A DNA stretch of 64,000 nt from Piromyces finnis finn (Eukaryota > Fungi > Neocallimastigomycota), in the NCBI GenBank assembly GCA_002104945.1, contig MCFH01000020.1, positions 496,001 to 560,000 on the forward strand, read 5' to 3'. Below the pieces are notes generated by a model that was given only the letters and a program-made list of their open reading frames with translations, was not told the origin of the DNA and made no database searches. Made by a program: the position numbers and the translations under genes. Every line of letters starts with the position of its first letter. The stretch's first letter is position 1. Positions 33,387 to 47,412 of this stretch are shown piece after piece.

Positions 33387-35512
33387 TTAATCATATTTTG
33401 ATTTCCATACCCAACTTTCACCATAAATACATTTTCCATTAGCATGTGCTTTTCTGTACCACATAGCAGCCATTTTTCTTGTTTTTTTAACACCAACTCC
33501 GTGATTATAACATTTAGCAAGTGCTAATTGGGCATCAGCATCACCCATATAAGCAGCTACATTAAAACAGTAAACTGCTTTAGATGTGGATTTAGGAACA
33601 CCATGTCCATGTAAAAATGATTGACCAATTTCATATATTGGTAAGGAGACAATGCAACGAACAATCCAAGTTTCAAATTCCTCATCTGTTAAATTAGACA
33701 ACATATTTGCAATGTTTGTTCTCATTAACATTTTTTCTGCAACTAATTTGTCGGATTCTTTTATATATAATAAAAAAAAAATCAATATATTTTTTGGTAT
33801 ATCATCCAAATATATATATTAAAACATTAAAATATAAAAAATTAATATTAATAAATATTTTGCTATTAAATAATTTTTATTTGAAAAAATTACTGTTATG
33901 GATTCATTACCTTCTTTATTAGTGTCATTAAGTGGGATCCTTTGAGTATCTTGTAATTTAATTCCTTCATTTTTATCATCTTCATTTTCATTATCCTCGT
34001 CTATCTTTCCAAATCGTTGTATCATTGGTTCATTATTTTTATTTATAGTTGGTATGGATTGAATGCTAGCTTCCGCGGATTTTAATAAATATTGAAAACC
34101 TAATTCTGGACTACATCCACTAATACCATGACCATACTTCATATACATTCCATGAAGATATAATCCTATAGCATTATTATCCACTGACGATAGAGTAAAA
34201 TAATAGTCGGCAATATCATATTGTTGATGATTATGATAATATATTCCAAGGGATAATGGGTCATAAGTCTGTAATTCATCAGTTATTGGTATATTTGGAA
34301 TAGTCAATTTAGGAATTGGAGCAGAATCACTAGCAATATTACTAACAAAAACATTATTACGAGTATTTATTTTCTTTTTTGCAAATTTAAAATAGGATCT
34401 AAAATTTTTATTCAATTTGGCATCAGCTGTATTTAACTCTTTTTTCTGATGTTTTAAGGTACCACGGTTATTGTTATCCTTGGTAATATCTAATTGACTA
34501 CATGAATTTCCGCCTGGTCCATGCATCAAACTAACCAATGATGATAATGAGTTGTTAATTGCAGAAGCATTTTGATTTGTAATATTTTCTAAATGTTCAA
34601 AAAATTCATGAATATTAATGTTATTATGGTATCTATAACTAATAGTGTTACATAGTTCAGAAGATGGGAACTCCATTGGTTTAAAATGTTGAACAGTTCC
34701 ACTAAATGATTGATAATACTTATGAATTTCATCCAATTTTGATTCACTCTTTTCTTCTGATGTTCGCATCATATTAAATTCTTCATCTATTTAATAAAAA
34801 TCATTAATATTTATTTTTTATTTCTTATTAAAAATTTAATAAAATTTAATCAATTTTATTTTTTATAAAATACTACAAATTTATATTTATTACCATCTTC
34901 CTTATCATCGTTAATCCCTACAGTATTAATATTATCTTTACTAAGAATTTTAATTTTATCATATAAATTAGAAAGCGTTCTTTTCAATTCAGTCGCATCC
35001 TCTGATTCTGCTAAATTTCTTCTAAATATATTATGAAAATCACCTTTAATTTCTAAATTTTCTGCTAAATTTTCCTCACTCTCTTCCTTTTCTTCGTTTA
35101 CATCATTTGCTTCATTTTCTTCATTTTTGCTTTCAACACTATCAATAACAATAGATGGTATATTTTCATTTTCTTCATTTTTGCTTTCAACATTATCAAT
35201 AACAATAGATGGTATATTTTCATTTTCATTTTCATTTTTAATATTATCAATAACATCAGATGTTGGATTTTCGTTTTTATCTACTTTTTCATTCTCATTA
35301 TTTTCATTTTTTTCTATATTATCATCACATTTTTTATCTTCTTTACTTACATTATTTTCTTCATTTTCAATATTATTTCTTTGATCTATCTTTTCACCAA
35401 CACTATTTACTGATTTATCTAAATTTACCTCATCTTTTACATCCGAATTTTCAATACCTTCTGTTGCGTCGGTAAATGATTCATTACTTTCATCTAATGA
35501 ATTTGCTGACAT
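33387..35512 (-). CDS. Nif1/Dsf2-like SEL1-repeat protein
   Basis: Three exons matching ORFs 34856-35512, 33819-34772 and 33387-33809. C-terminal LPIYEIGQSFLHGHGVPK...FNVAAYMGDADAQ...CYNHGVGVKKTRKMAAMWYRKA...GESWVWKSKYD matches the fungal Nif1/Dsf2 signature. Confidence 0.8.
35110..35270 (-). repeat. Coding tandem repeat, 54-bp (18-aa) unit x2 plus a diverged third copy
   Basis: NENIPSIVID(N/S)VESKNEE repeated; atcaataacaatagatggta at 35141 and 35195. Confidence 0.85.
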
Positions 35513-35645
35513 TAGTATATTTGTTGTTTATAATAAAAATAAATAAATTTTTAACGGTATAGACCTTATTTATTAATATTTTGGTATTAAATTAAATCAA
35601 ACATTATTAAAATTAAATTATATTTCAAATACAATAAAAACAATG

Positions 35646-35676
<31 letters not shown>

Positions 35677-35985
35677 TCTAAAACATTACTTTATATTACA
35701 GAAAAATAATAAAATATATAAAATTGGTATATTACTATTACATCAATTTAATATATTCCTTTTTTTTGTTACTAACATAAAAATATATTATAATGAAATA
35801 TTACATATATTTATTAATGTAATTAATAATGTAATAATAGATAAAACTTTATTAATAACTATAAAATAAAATTATTAATAAAGTTATTATCTTTTTATTA
35901 TATAATATATTGGTAAAAACATTAAAAATATTTATATAAAATACATAGACTTTCATCATGATATTGTGAATTATCATAAATTTCA

Positions 35986-36050
35986 TTTTTATTTATTTAT
36001 TTATTTATTTATTTGTTTGTTTGTTTGTTTGTATATTCATTTATTTATTC
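35986..36050. repeat. Compound (TTTA)n/(TTTG)n microsatellite
   Basis: Read directly in the intergenic spacer. Confidence 0.75.
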
Positions 36051-37342
36051 ATTTATAATAATTTATAAAATATACAAAAAAAAAAACTATTGAAATATGA
36101 ATATAATTAATTTATTGATTTTACTTTTATTTTTTAATATAATCTATAACATTATATGCATTATATCAAAAATAAATATATAAAGATATATTTATATTTA
36201 TGAAATTTAAAAAAAAAAGTTTTGCTTTAATATTAAGATTAATTAAAATAAAACAAAGTCATATTGAAATTATTATTACACCTTTTCAATAACACATAAT
36301 AATATTTTTATCCATATCTCTCAATTGTAAAAAAAAAAAAGATTATTTTTTATTCTTTTAAATTTACCATAGATAAATGATTTTCCCTTTAAAATTTACT
36401 TTGCATTTATCTATAATAATATTTTCAAAATAAAAGATTAATTAAATTTTACATTAAATAAAAAAAAAAAAAAAACAATTTACTCAATATACTATAGATT
36501 ATAATGTTTATCATTATTTTTATTTTTATTTTTATAAATTGTATTTTTTATCTTTAAAAATTTTATACTTTTTTTTATTTTTGTACTCTTTTTATTTAAT
36601 ATTTTTCTTTTTTTACAACTGAAATCATATTTTATAAATTTTATTATTATAAAGTTTTTCCTTATTATTTGAATAGCTAAAAATAAATGAAATCTTTATA
36701 TTTAACTAAATACTTTTTTTTTTTTTTTTTTTGGCAAATTAAAAATTAAATTTTAAATATTAATAAATGTTCAATATTAATATATCATACATCCATTTTT
36801 CAATTGTTATAAAGTGTATCCCATTATTTTTATTTCTTTTAATATATAAAAAAGTTAAAATAAAAGCATACTTAAAATCATTATAATTATAAAGTAACAT
36901 ATTATACTACAATGTTATATTAGAATTGTAGTATAATATGTTACTAATATCAAAATAAAGAATTTTATATTTATAAAAAAATTATACAACATATAATTAT
37001 AAAATCTATTTTTATTAAAATTTAAAAGCCAATAGATTACAAAATAAGATATTCTTTTTTTAAAATAAAAAAAAAAAAAAGAATAAATACTACAATTTAA
37101 AAAAAAAATAATTGTCCTTTTTTTCTTCAAATTTATCAGTTTACTTGATTTCAGTTTTTTGTAAAAAAAAAATAATAATAATAATAATAAACGTGTAAAT
37201 ATCAAAAAGTGAAATAGAGGAAACAAAGCAATAAATTTCAATATTTTAATATAATAAATAAAAATCCATTGTAAAATAAATAGCAGTAACAAACATTATA
37301 TTAATTAAATACAAATAAATTAAGTAAAATAAAAATTATAAA

Positions 37343-39400
37343 ATGGCGGATAATACTCAAAATGATGCTTCAAAATCAGAAATTTCAGAAAAATCAAGAG
37401 ACCCAAAAAAATATATGAAAAAGAGAACATCAGAATCAAAAAGAAAAGAATTAGTTATTGAACCTCCAAAAGATTATCCAATACAAGCTAAAATAAAAGG
37501 TATTAAATTATTTAAACTTTTATTGAAAAATATTTTATTTAATATTTATTTATTAACTATTATAAATTCATTTATAAATATATATTAAATAGGACCTGGT
37601 CCAGCCGCTTACTCATTACCAACAACACTTGGTAGAAAATCATATAAATTAAGAGCACCAGCATATTCCTTTGGAATGTACTTTGATCCTAATAATAGTA
37701 AGTATTAAATTTTTATTATTATTGGCTTATAATAATAATATTTACTCAATATATTCTCTTTAAAATATATCAAAAATAAAATAATAAAAATGTATTTTTC
37801 TATCAAAAAAAAAATATACAAAAATTATATTAAACTTTAAACTATCAAATATAATATATCAATATCTTATAATATATTTAATATATTTTAAATTCTTAAC
37901 TCAAAAGAAATTGGTAAGAAAAGCATCATTATAATAATAAATATATAAATAAATAATATATTAAAACTAATATATATATTTTCACTTTTCACCTTTTAAA
38001 AATTTACAAAATATTAACAGTATCACCAAGTCCAAATAAATTCTTTCCATCTGTATGTCGTACAGGCCAATATAACAGTCCATCATATTCATTAAGAATT
38101 AAAACAAAGGGATTAAAAAATGATAGTATGTATATCTACATAAAAAAAATTTATATTAACATTTGAGAAAAATAATTATTTGGTAAAATATTAATATATT
38201 ATCGATTGTTATTAATTAAATATATAATAATAATAGCAATTAGTTTCCCTGGTCCAGGAACATATGACCAAGATTGTAATAATATATACAAGAAAAATCC
38301 ATCCTATTCAATAAAATCTAGAAATAAGCCATTAAAAAGTATAATTACAAAATAATTATAAAATGAAATATTAATTTATTGAAATAAATATTTGGTATAT
38401 TAACATTTAAAATATAAAATTTTACAGACGATCCAAATCCAGGACCAGCACAGTAAGTATTTTGTTTTCTTTATTATTATTTTATTTTATTGTTTATACA
38501 CATTTATTATTATAAAAAAATATTAATTTTTTCTATTAAAATATACAAAAATTGCAATGATATAAAATAAAATAAAATAAAATAAAATAGATATTCTCAA
38601 TCATCAAACAATAAATGTACACCATCATGGTCTATAAATCCAAAAAGAGAATTAAAATGTATTATAATTATTTTAGATACATAAATATATATACAATATA
38701 AAAACACTATAAATAAAAAATATTAATTTTATTTTGATATATTTATTAATATTCAAAAAAAAAAAAAAAAAAAAAAGCAACAACAATCTCTCCTGGTCCA
38801 GCTGCTTATTCTACCACTAACTATAATGTATACCTTAAGGAATCACCATCATATTCATTAAAGGAGAGATTCCAATCTACAGAATATATTAGTGTTGAAG
38901 AATCAATGAGTAAGTTTCATATTACTTTTTAAAAGCAATTAATGAACTTTATAAATAGAGTTAATAAATATATTAATATTAATATATATATATTTATTTA
39001 TTATTTTAGAAAATCAAAAGAGAGTTAGTCCAATTAAGCCACGTAAAGTTGTTTTCCCAAGTCCAAACTCATACAGTGTTAAAATGAAATACGTCACAAA
39101 TTCATCTCCAAAATTCTCCTTTAGAAATAAGGTAATATTAATAATGTATAAATAAATATAACATATAATAAATATTAAATATTCACAATTATATAAATCA
39201 ATAGCATTCTGAATATGAATTATACGTAGACGATAATGTACCAATTTAGTTTTATTTATCAAAAATATTTTTTTCATATCATATAATAAAATCCTTTCAA
39301 CCTTACACAATTTATAAATAATAAATTAAGAAATATCAAAAATTTTTTCGTTGTAATTTTTTTCTATTAGAAAATATATATTTATCAGATATATTTTTGA
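37343..39400 (+). CDS. SHIPPO/PGP-repeat protein (ODF3/CIMAP1-like ciliary microtubule-associated protein)
   Basis: Repeated PGPxxY plus PxYS motifs across small exons: GPGPAAYSLP..APAYSFG, SPSPNK..SPSYSL, PGPGTYD..NPSYSI, NPGPAQY, SPGPAAYS..SPSYSL, PSPNSYS..SPKFSF. The last exon (39371-39400) is tentative. Confidence 0.85.
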
Positions 39401-42349
39401 GGAAAAAATAAAAAGTGACAATAACATTAAAAAAAATGATCTATCAAAAATAATAAATAACGATAAATAATTTTATAAAATTGTTAATAATATTTGTTGT
39501 TTAAATATTTTCTTTTTTTTAAAAAATTTCATATATATATATTAATCAAAAATATCTTATTAATGCAATACACCATTTATTTCTTTGAATTTTATTGTTC
39601 TTTTTATTTTAATTCCTATATTTTTTTTGTATAAAAAGAATAATATATTAAAAAGAAATTATTAATGTAGCAATATTATTATATTAATAATAAAGATGCT
39701 AATAAACTAAAGTAACAAATAATTCATTTAATAATTTGCCTTAAAATTCGAGCATTATTATTACAAAGTTATTAATTTAATTGTTTTTTATTTCTAACCC
39801 TTACATGCATTTTTTTTGGGAAAATTTTTTAATGAAATTGATTTGCAATTATTTCATTAAAATTTAATATGTATATAATATATATGTTCTTTTAAGCTAA
39901 CATAATATTAAATTAGCAAAAATTCAAAATCATAATTACATGGATTTTTTTAGATATAAAAGAAACTTTTTAATATATTTGCGATGAATCTTCATAAAGA
40001 AAAAAAAATTCTTTTTAGTATTATTCAGCAAAAATTAATTAAAAAAAAGGTAAAATAATTAAACAAAGTTAAATTATTTATTTGAAAGATTTATGATTAT
40101 TAAACGTATTATAAACTAAAGTATTATATAATATTTATAATTCATTTAATTATATCCTTTAGAATTCTCAATGAAGAAGGTATTATAATTTATTACAAAA
40201 TTGCAAAACTAATTTATTTATTTCCATTTTTCTAACCCTGTAGAAGAAATTCTTTAATATATTTTAATTATAATACTAATAATTTTAATTATAATAAAAG
40301 TAATAAGTTAATAGATTTGCTAAACTTAATAGTGAATGATTCATTTTATTTGAAATTAATATTTAAATAGAGCTTTTATTAATTTTGAATAATAATAACA
40401 ACACTATTACTACTATATTACTACTACATAATATTTAAACAATACTCAAAAAAACATACTAATACACTATATTGTAATTTTTAAAAAACAACATTTTATT
40501 GCTTTATATTGTGTGGAAATTATATATCTCTACTATAAACTAATTCAAAATATGTAAGTTAACAAAATCAGAAATCACTAAATATACACTATTAATTTAA
40601 ATTTAATTTTATTTCCTTGGTACTCTCTGTAACCAATTAAATTATTAATTACTATAAATAGAACATTTTCTTTGTGTTACACAATAATTTAATATCAAAA
40701 AGTAAATTCATTAACATTTTCACGTTATTCATTTATTAAAAAATATTTCCTTTTTTGTGAGTGTTATATATTACATTTTAAAGAATTTTTTTGAATGTCA
40801 AAAATTGAAATTATTAGTTATCAAAGTTTTAAATAAATTAAAAATATTACAAACAAAGCATGGCAAAATTTTTAAATATAATAAATTATACTCTAATATA
40901 TGTATAATTTATATCATTCATTCATCGTTAAGGTTTGGTTTCTTAAAATATTAATGTAATTATGAATATAAGTATCTTGATATTAAGAGTTTTAAAAGAA
41001 ATACTTACAGTAAAGCTTGAGGAGGTTATATTTCTTTTAAAATATCCACATAATAATACACATAAGTATTTTAATATTAAGTTTTTAAAAAAAGCGTATA
41101 AAGTAAAAGCTTATGATTGGTGTATATTTCTTTCTTGTAATTGTTTAATAATAGACCTTATACTATCTTCACATACAGTATTTCTTCTTCTTAAGACATA
41201 TTGCGATAATTTTGGGAAGACTACATTAATAGAAGTACTATGTGAACAATTTCCTTGTAGTATATAGCCATTTACACCCTTTACCATAGAGTTTGCAATG
41301 ATTGGCTTAAGCCATTCTTTTATTTAAAATATATAGAGAAAATTTATAATTTAACAAGTAGATTTGTATTTCTTTTTAGTATGAAATTTATCCTATTTTT
41401 AAATATGAAATGAAATATGTGTAATAAATTTTTTTTCAATGAATTTTTATTTCTTTTAAATCAAAGTAAATTGGTAAAAATTAATAAGCTTAATTCATAT
41501 AAAATTTATAAAAGGTAATTAAAAACTTATAAAGTTTAAAACCTATCATTATTGCTTATTATACTCTTGAGTTAAACTAATCATATAAACTTATTATCAC
41601 ATTTTTTCGATTGAGAAACATTTTAAAAATTTTAAAAAACTATAACCGATAAAAAAAAAACAAAATGGTAACTCATACTGTTTCTAAAAAGATTAACTTT
41701 TTCTATTCTCTTTTTTCTTATAAAATGTAAAACGTACTGGCTATATTCTAAATAGTTAAATAGTAATAACTTTTTATTATTATTAACAAAAATAGTCCAT
41801 TTTTACTTTTATTCCATTATATTTTAATTAATAATTATATAATTAAATTGACAATAAATATTTTATATGACCATTGGAAAAATGAACTTTATATTATTTC
41901 CTATTTAATTTTTTATTAAAAAATATTTTCTTAGAAAATTCTTTTTTACTTACCAAAATGCTATATTAAATTATTCTTAAAAAGATAATGTATACATAAT
42001 TGGATTATACATGGAAATAATTTAATATGTATACATTATTTTTTTAATTCACAAATTGCTTTAAATATATAAATAAATATATAAATATTAAATTATTAAA
42101 ATTTATGTACAAAAATAGGAATTATTGGATTTAAATTTATATATTATTATTTATTATTTATTTATTTATTTTTTTATTTATTTTTTTAAATTTTATTTGA
42201 AACTGTAATTAATGAAAAAAATTATTTCACTAAAGTTCTTTAAAAAAAATTTTTTTTTATATTCAATATTTACATTTTCTTATATAAGATGGGGAATTTT
42301 ATTTATTTATAATACACATTTATTTTAAATAATTTAATAAAAAATAAAT

Positions 42350-45300
42350 TTAAAGCTCATCATGACTTGTAGATGATGTTTTGTTGTCTTTTTTATTTTC
42401 TTCTTCTTCATCCTTTTCTTTATTTTCATTAGTTGTTTTTTCTTGATCAGGTGTAGTCCACCATTTTGATAAAAATGAAATATTTTTAGGATCATTGAAA
42501 CAATCCTTAACCCATTGATTTGCTTTATCGAATTGATCTTGATAAAATAATTCCTTTTTAAAAGCATCTGCATCAGAAATATCCTTTTTATTTGCTTGAA
42601 TAAGTTCTCTAGTGATTTCTTCTTGGATATGAATTGCAACTAATGTACCCCAAAGCTCGTTGATAAATTTCTTTTCTTCATCAGAAGCATTATCTTTATC
42701 AGCCTTTTCAGAAACAACATTATTTACTTCCATAAACCACTCTTTAATCCATTGAGCAAAATATCTATATTCCTTTTCACATTTACCATAATTTTCTTCT
42801 GAATTATTAATATTTTCAAGAATTGAATATATAGTAAATGATCCATTTGGTTCTTGTTCTGAGATAAGTTTATTCTTTATTATATCTTGATAACAAGCAA
42901 TAGATGTCTTATCTTCAGTAGTTGATGATGGTATTAATGTGCTTATGACAGATTTTCCTTTTTTATTGGTTTGGAGAGAATCTTTTAATACCTGACTAAA
43001 TTTACCTAAAATTGGATTACTCTTTTCCGAGGTTTCAACCCATTGCTTTAAAATACTTATTAAATCTTCACTCTCTTTTTGTAAAGTTATTTCGAATTTT
43101 TCATTTTTTAATATATTTAATATTAAGGTGGTGCCAATAAATTTATTAAATTCTTCTAATTCACTTGGTAATACTTGATTTTCAATTTCCTTTAATTCTT
43201 TACTCCATTCTTCAGTTAAAACCTTACCGTAATATTTTTCTATTACTTCTTTAATATTGGAAAAGTATAACGAGCCATCTTCATTAATAAGTAATTTTAA
43301 AGATTTTAATAAATGTTCTTTCTTTTGGTTAATTGAAATTAAAATTTTTTGACGAACATCTTGAATTGGGTTACGTTGTTGTTGTAATGAAATCCATTTT
43401 TCTGATTTTCCTTTAGCAAGTTCCCATTCATTTTGCAAGTCACCGAGGAAATCAGTGAAAATGACACATGCAATACTAGTACCAATTAATTTATCAAATT
43501 GATCAACAATAGCAGGGTAGATTTCCATATAATTGGTCTTAATGCCTTCTAATTCTTTTTTCCATTCATTAGAAAATTCTTCACCATAAGTTGGACTAAT
43601 TATATTATTGAGTAAATCAGATAATTTGAAGGAGCCATCGAAATTTTGATATTGAATTAAATTATTAAATAAAAGTCTTTGACTATTTTCCTTTGCTATA
43701 GAATTAGCATTAGACATCTTAATAATATTAATATCGCTTATATCAAATACATTTTCATTAGCACGGAAATAAATTTCTTCTTTTTCTTCTTCTTCTTTAG
43801 CTGTATCAATGTCTTCAGGATTAATTATTACTTCATTTAATGCAGCACTAGAAAAAGATCTTTTTTTGTTACCACCACCAATGTGATTTATAGATTGATC
43901 TCTAGTAACAAAAACATTTCTTGATGGAATAATAATGGTTTTATCTTCACTCTCTGATTTGTTTTTTTCATCATTATGTTTAATACATAAGAATGATGTA
44001 AATTTCGACATGATTTGATATTTTGTAGAAACCTCAACAATTTTTCTTTTGATTTTATTAAATATAGCTAATGCATTTTCATCATTATCTAATCTTTTCT
44101 TATATTCTTCAGAAAAGTGATATTTAGATGTTCCTTCTTGTAATTCTCTGATTAAATTTGTAGCAGCAAGTGAATGAATGAGTTTTCCATTTTTTAATTC
44201 TTCAACATCATTAAATGTAATAGTTTCAGTTTTAATGGTACCATCATTAAGCTTATAATTAATTTCAATTGGTGATGGGACTAAAGGCTTTTCAGAAATA
44301 GTATAAATAGAATATTCATAACCAATCCTCATTATAGGAGATTTATACGGAATTTGTTCTAAATCATCACTCTTAACAATTTTAGATGTGTTCTTTTCTT
44401 TCCAAGTAATAGTATAATCCTGGATAAATGGAACTAATACATTCTTTAATTGAAGTAAGACCTTCTTTTCTAATCTTTCACCTTCGGTGACAAATAACGA
44501 CATTCCATTGCCATTTCTTGCAATACCAGACACTAAATAATGACTAACAGAATCTCCAATACCAAAGGAATAAATTACTGCTTTTTGTTTTTGGGTATTT
44601 TCTCTTACCAAATCAATTACGGCTTCAACATCCCAAATTTCACCATCTTGTCATATATCACAATTAAAATATAAATTGTAAAATTTTATAAAGATTTTAA
44701 TAAAATAAATGTAATTAAATAACATTTGTTAATATATGTTATATATATATATTTAATTTAATTAATAATAAGAATTTAATAATTACCAGTAAGTAAAAAG
44801 ATAGAACGATTATATCCTTCTTGAATTTCTGTGCTGTATATATATTCCAATGCATCTTTCATTTCAGTACCTCCCATTGATGCATCCATATTTTTAACAT
44901 ATTCAACTGCTTCGTTTAATGATTTTTCGCTGTATTTAACACTCTTTTCAAAAAGACTTTCGTATAAAGATCCAAATTTTACAATATTAAAGTAACTATC
45001 CTAATAATATTTTAATTTTTGAGGTGTTAAGATAAAATTTATATTTCAGTATTACTGATTAATAGTAATAAATTAATTATTCAAATATTAAAAATATGAA
45101 TTTAATTACAGTTGGCATAGATTTTAAAAACAAATTTAATGCATCCTTTAAATATTCAAGTTTCCATCCATTCATTGATCCTGATCTATTTCATTAAATT
45201 GAGTAAAGTAATAACAAAAGCAGTTTTATTTTAATTATTAATGATCTTATTAATGCAATAGCAATATAAATAGATATATATTAATGACTTACTGATCAAT

Positions 45301-46746
45301 TAAAAAGATAATTTCTACTTTTGAGTTTTCATTTTCATTTAAAACAAAATTTGGGCTTAAAGTTAATAGAGTAGCGTAAGATTTTAATTCTTCATTATAT
45401 TCAATAAGGACTTTATTTTTTTTTAAATTTTCAACTTCGACATCTAATACGAAATCTTTATCTAAATAACCTTTATCTGAGCTTAGAGTTACAGTAGCTT
45501 CATTATTTTTGTTTTCGGATATTTTTGTACTTATTTCATATGAAGGTGATTCAATGCTATTAATTCTTCCACTCATTTCAACGTCAACATTTATATCAAG
45601 AGTATAATTTACATTTTCAGCATAGTTTATATTTCTTTCTTTTGAAGATACAGTTGAATTAGTGCTTTTATATCTTGGAGCAATAATATTTGGTATTATA
45701 AAAGTAATTTTATTATTTATTGAATTTAACTTGGTAACATAGGTCATTTTTACATGTACGGTTTGTTTTGGTCTTAAACTTCCAATGCTAACTTGAAATA
45801 CTTTAATATATATATAATCAATGAAGTAACATTATGTTTGTTTGTTAATTATATATTAGATTATATATTAGTAATTCAAAATTACATTTATTTTATTTCA
45901 AAATTTTGTTACCATCTTTAAATTCTTCAGTTAACAAAAATGCTGAATTACCATCCTGTAAATAATTTTTGTAAATTATGATAAAACATAATACCGAATT
46001 AATTAGAAAATACATATATTAAACACAAAGCAAATTATATAATTACCTTCATTTCTTTCTTGTACATTTGATATGCTTCATCATTTTCATATATTTTTGC
46101 ATGATATGATTGACCATCAATATCAGCTTCAAACGATTCAACTGCTGCCTCAGAATCTAATGGAAAATTGTATATGGCTTCAATAATATCTTCATCATTA
46201 TTAATATAAGTTTGCTGAATATAGACTATTATTAATAGCAAATATATAATAAAATCATAAACAAAATAATAAATAACAATAATTAGTAATAATAAAAATT
46301 AAATTCTTTTCAATTTTCCCAAAATCTTACTTTTGACTTAGGAAAATAAAATAAATTAATATAATAAATTTAATTATATCTTTTTATTTTTAGTATTACC
46401 TTCAGCGACAGTATCCTTAACTATTGTTTGTTTATTTTTTAAAATTTATATTGTTATAAAAATAGTTCATTAAAGAATATAAGTTAAATTATAAAAATAA
46501 AAATAGATATAAATAATTAATCAATATTATATTTTAAGTTTTGTATTATTAATAATGAAATATTTTTAATTTATGATTTTCATCGTTATTATTATTATTA
46601 TTATTATGTTTTAATAATCAATTACTTTTTGAATAAACTACAACTTTATTTAAGGGAATTTCTTGAAGTAAATCTGAGTCTTTATATAAACTTGCTATTA
46701 CTGTTTTTATTATCACAGTAAAAAAAAATAAAAGAATTTTTTTCAT
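42350..46746 (-). CDS. VIT plus von Willebrand A domain protein (VWA5A-like) with signal peptide and C-terminal HDEL (1152 aa)
   Basis: 8 exons (46746-46626, 46420-46400, 46225-46047, 45955-45913, 45800-45293, 45185-45110, 45000-44787, 44646-42350) total 3459 nt in frame. VIT motif EAIYNFPLDSEAAVESFEADIDG; vWA MIDAS IFLIDQSGSM, GGTEM, LTDGE; ends ...TSHDEL*. Confidence 0.9.
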
Positions 46747-46839
46747 TTTTTGTTCCTTTAATTTAATTTAATTTAATTTAATTTCTTCTTCTTCTTCTTC
46801 TTCTTTTTTACTTTTAGCTTTTTTTTTTATATTAATTAC

Positions 46840-46881
46840 TAAATGAATTTCCTAAAAAATTGTTTTTAGGAAATTCATTTA
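46840..46881. repeat. Perfect 19-bp inverted repeat with a 4-nt loop
   Basis: TAAATGAATTTCCTAAAAA-ATTG-TTTTTAGGAAATTCATTTA. Confidence 0.9.
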
Positions 46882-47412
46882 AATTGTTATTATCAACGTC
46901 TTAATTTATATATTTAATTATAAAATTTATTATTTATCAAATAGTTTTTTTTATATATTCAATAGGAGTTTAATAGTTATTTAAGATTAACTACTTACAT
47001 ATATATGTGTATATAATTTATTTTTTATAAACTATATTTTTATAATTATATGTTGAATATCATTAAATCATTAAATATTTCATTTAAAGTAAAAGTAACA
47101 TAATTAATTTTTATCCAATAAAAATTGTAAAGTTTTTAGATTTTAAATTTCTTAAAATAAAAAAAAAAATATAGAAAAATTTTTTTATGTACAAAACATA
47201 AAAAAAAAATATTATTCAATATAAAACAGCATTTGATAATATTTTGTTAATTAATTTTAAATACTATTATTTTTTATTTAGTCAAAAAAGAAATGAAATA
47301 ATATTCAATATATAAATACAGGATAATAAAATACAATTCAATTATAATAAAGTATTATAGAGTAGTTTTCGAATTTTTTAACATTTTTTTAAAAAAAAAA
47401 ATTATTGTCAAA

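Noticed and set aside
41207-41240. GKTTLIEVL as a Walker A motif
   Set aside because: The upstream Gly of GxxxxGKT is missing and there is no Walker B or supporting ORF.
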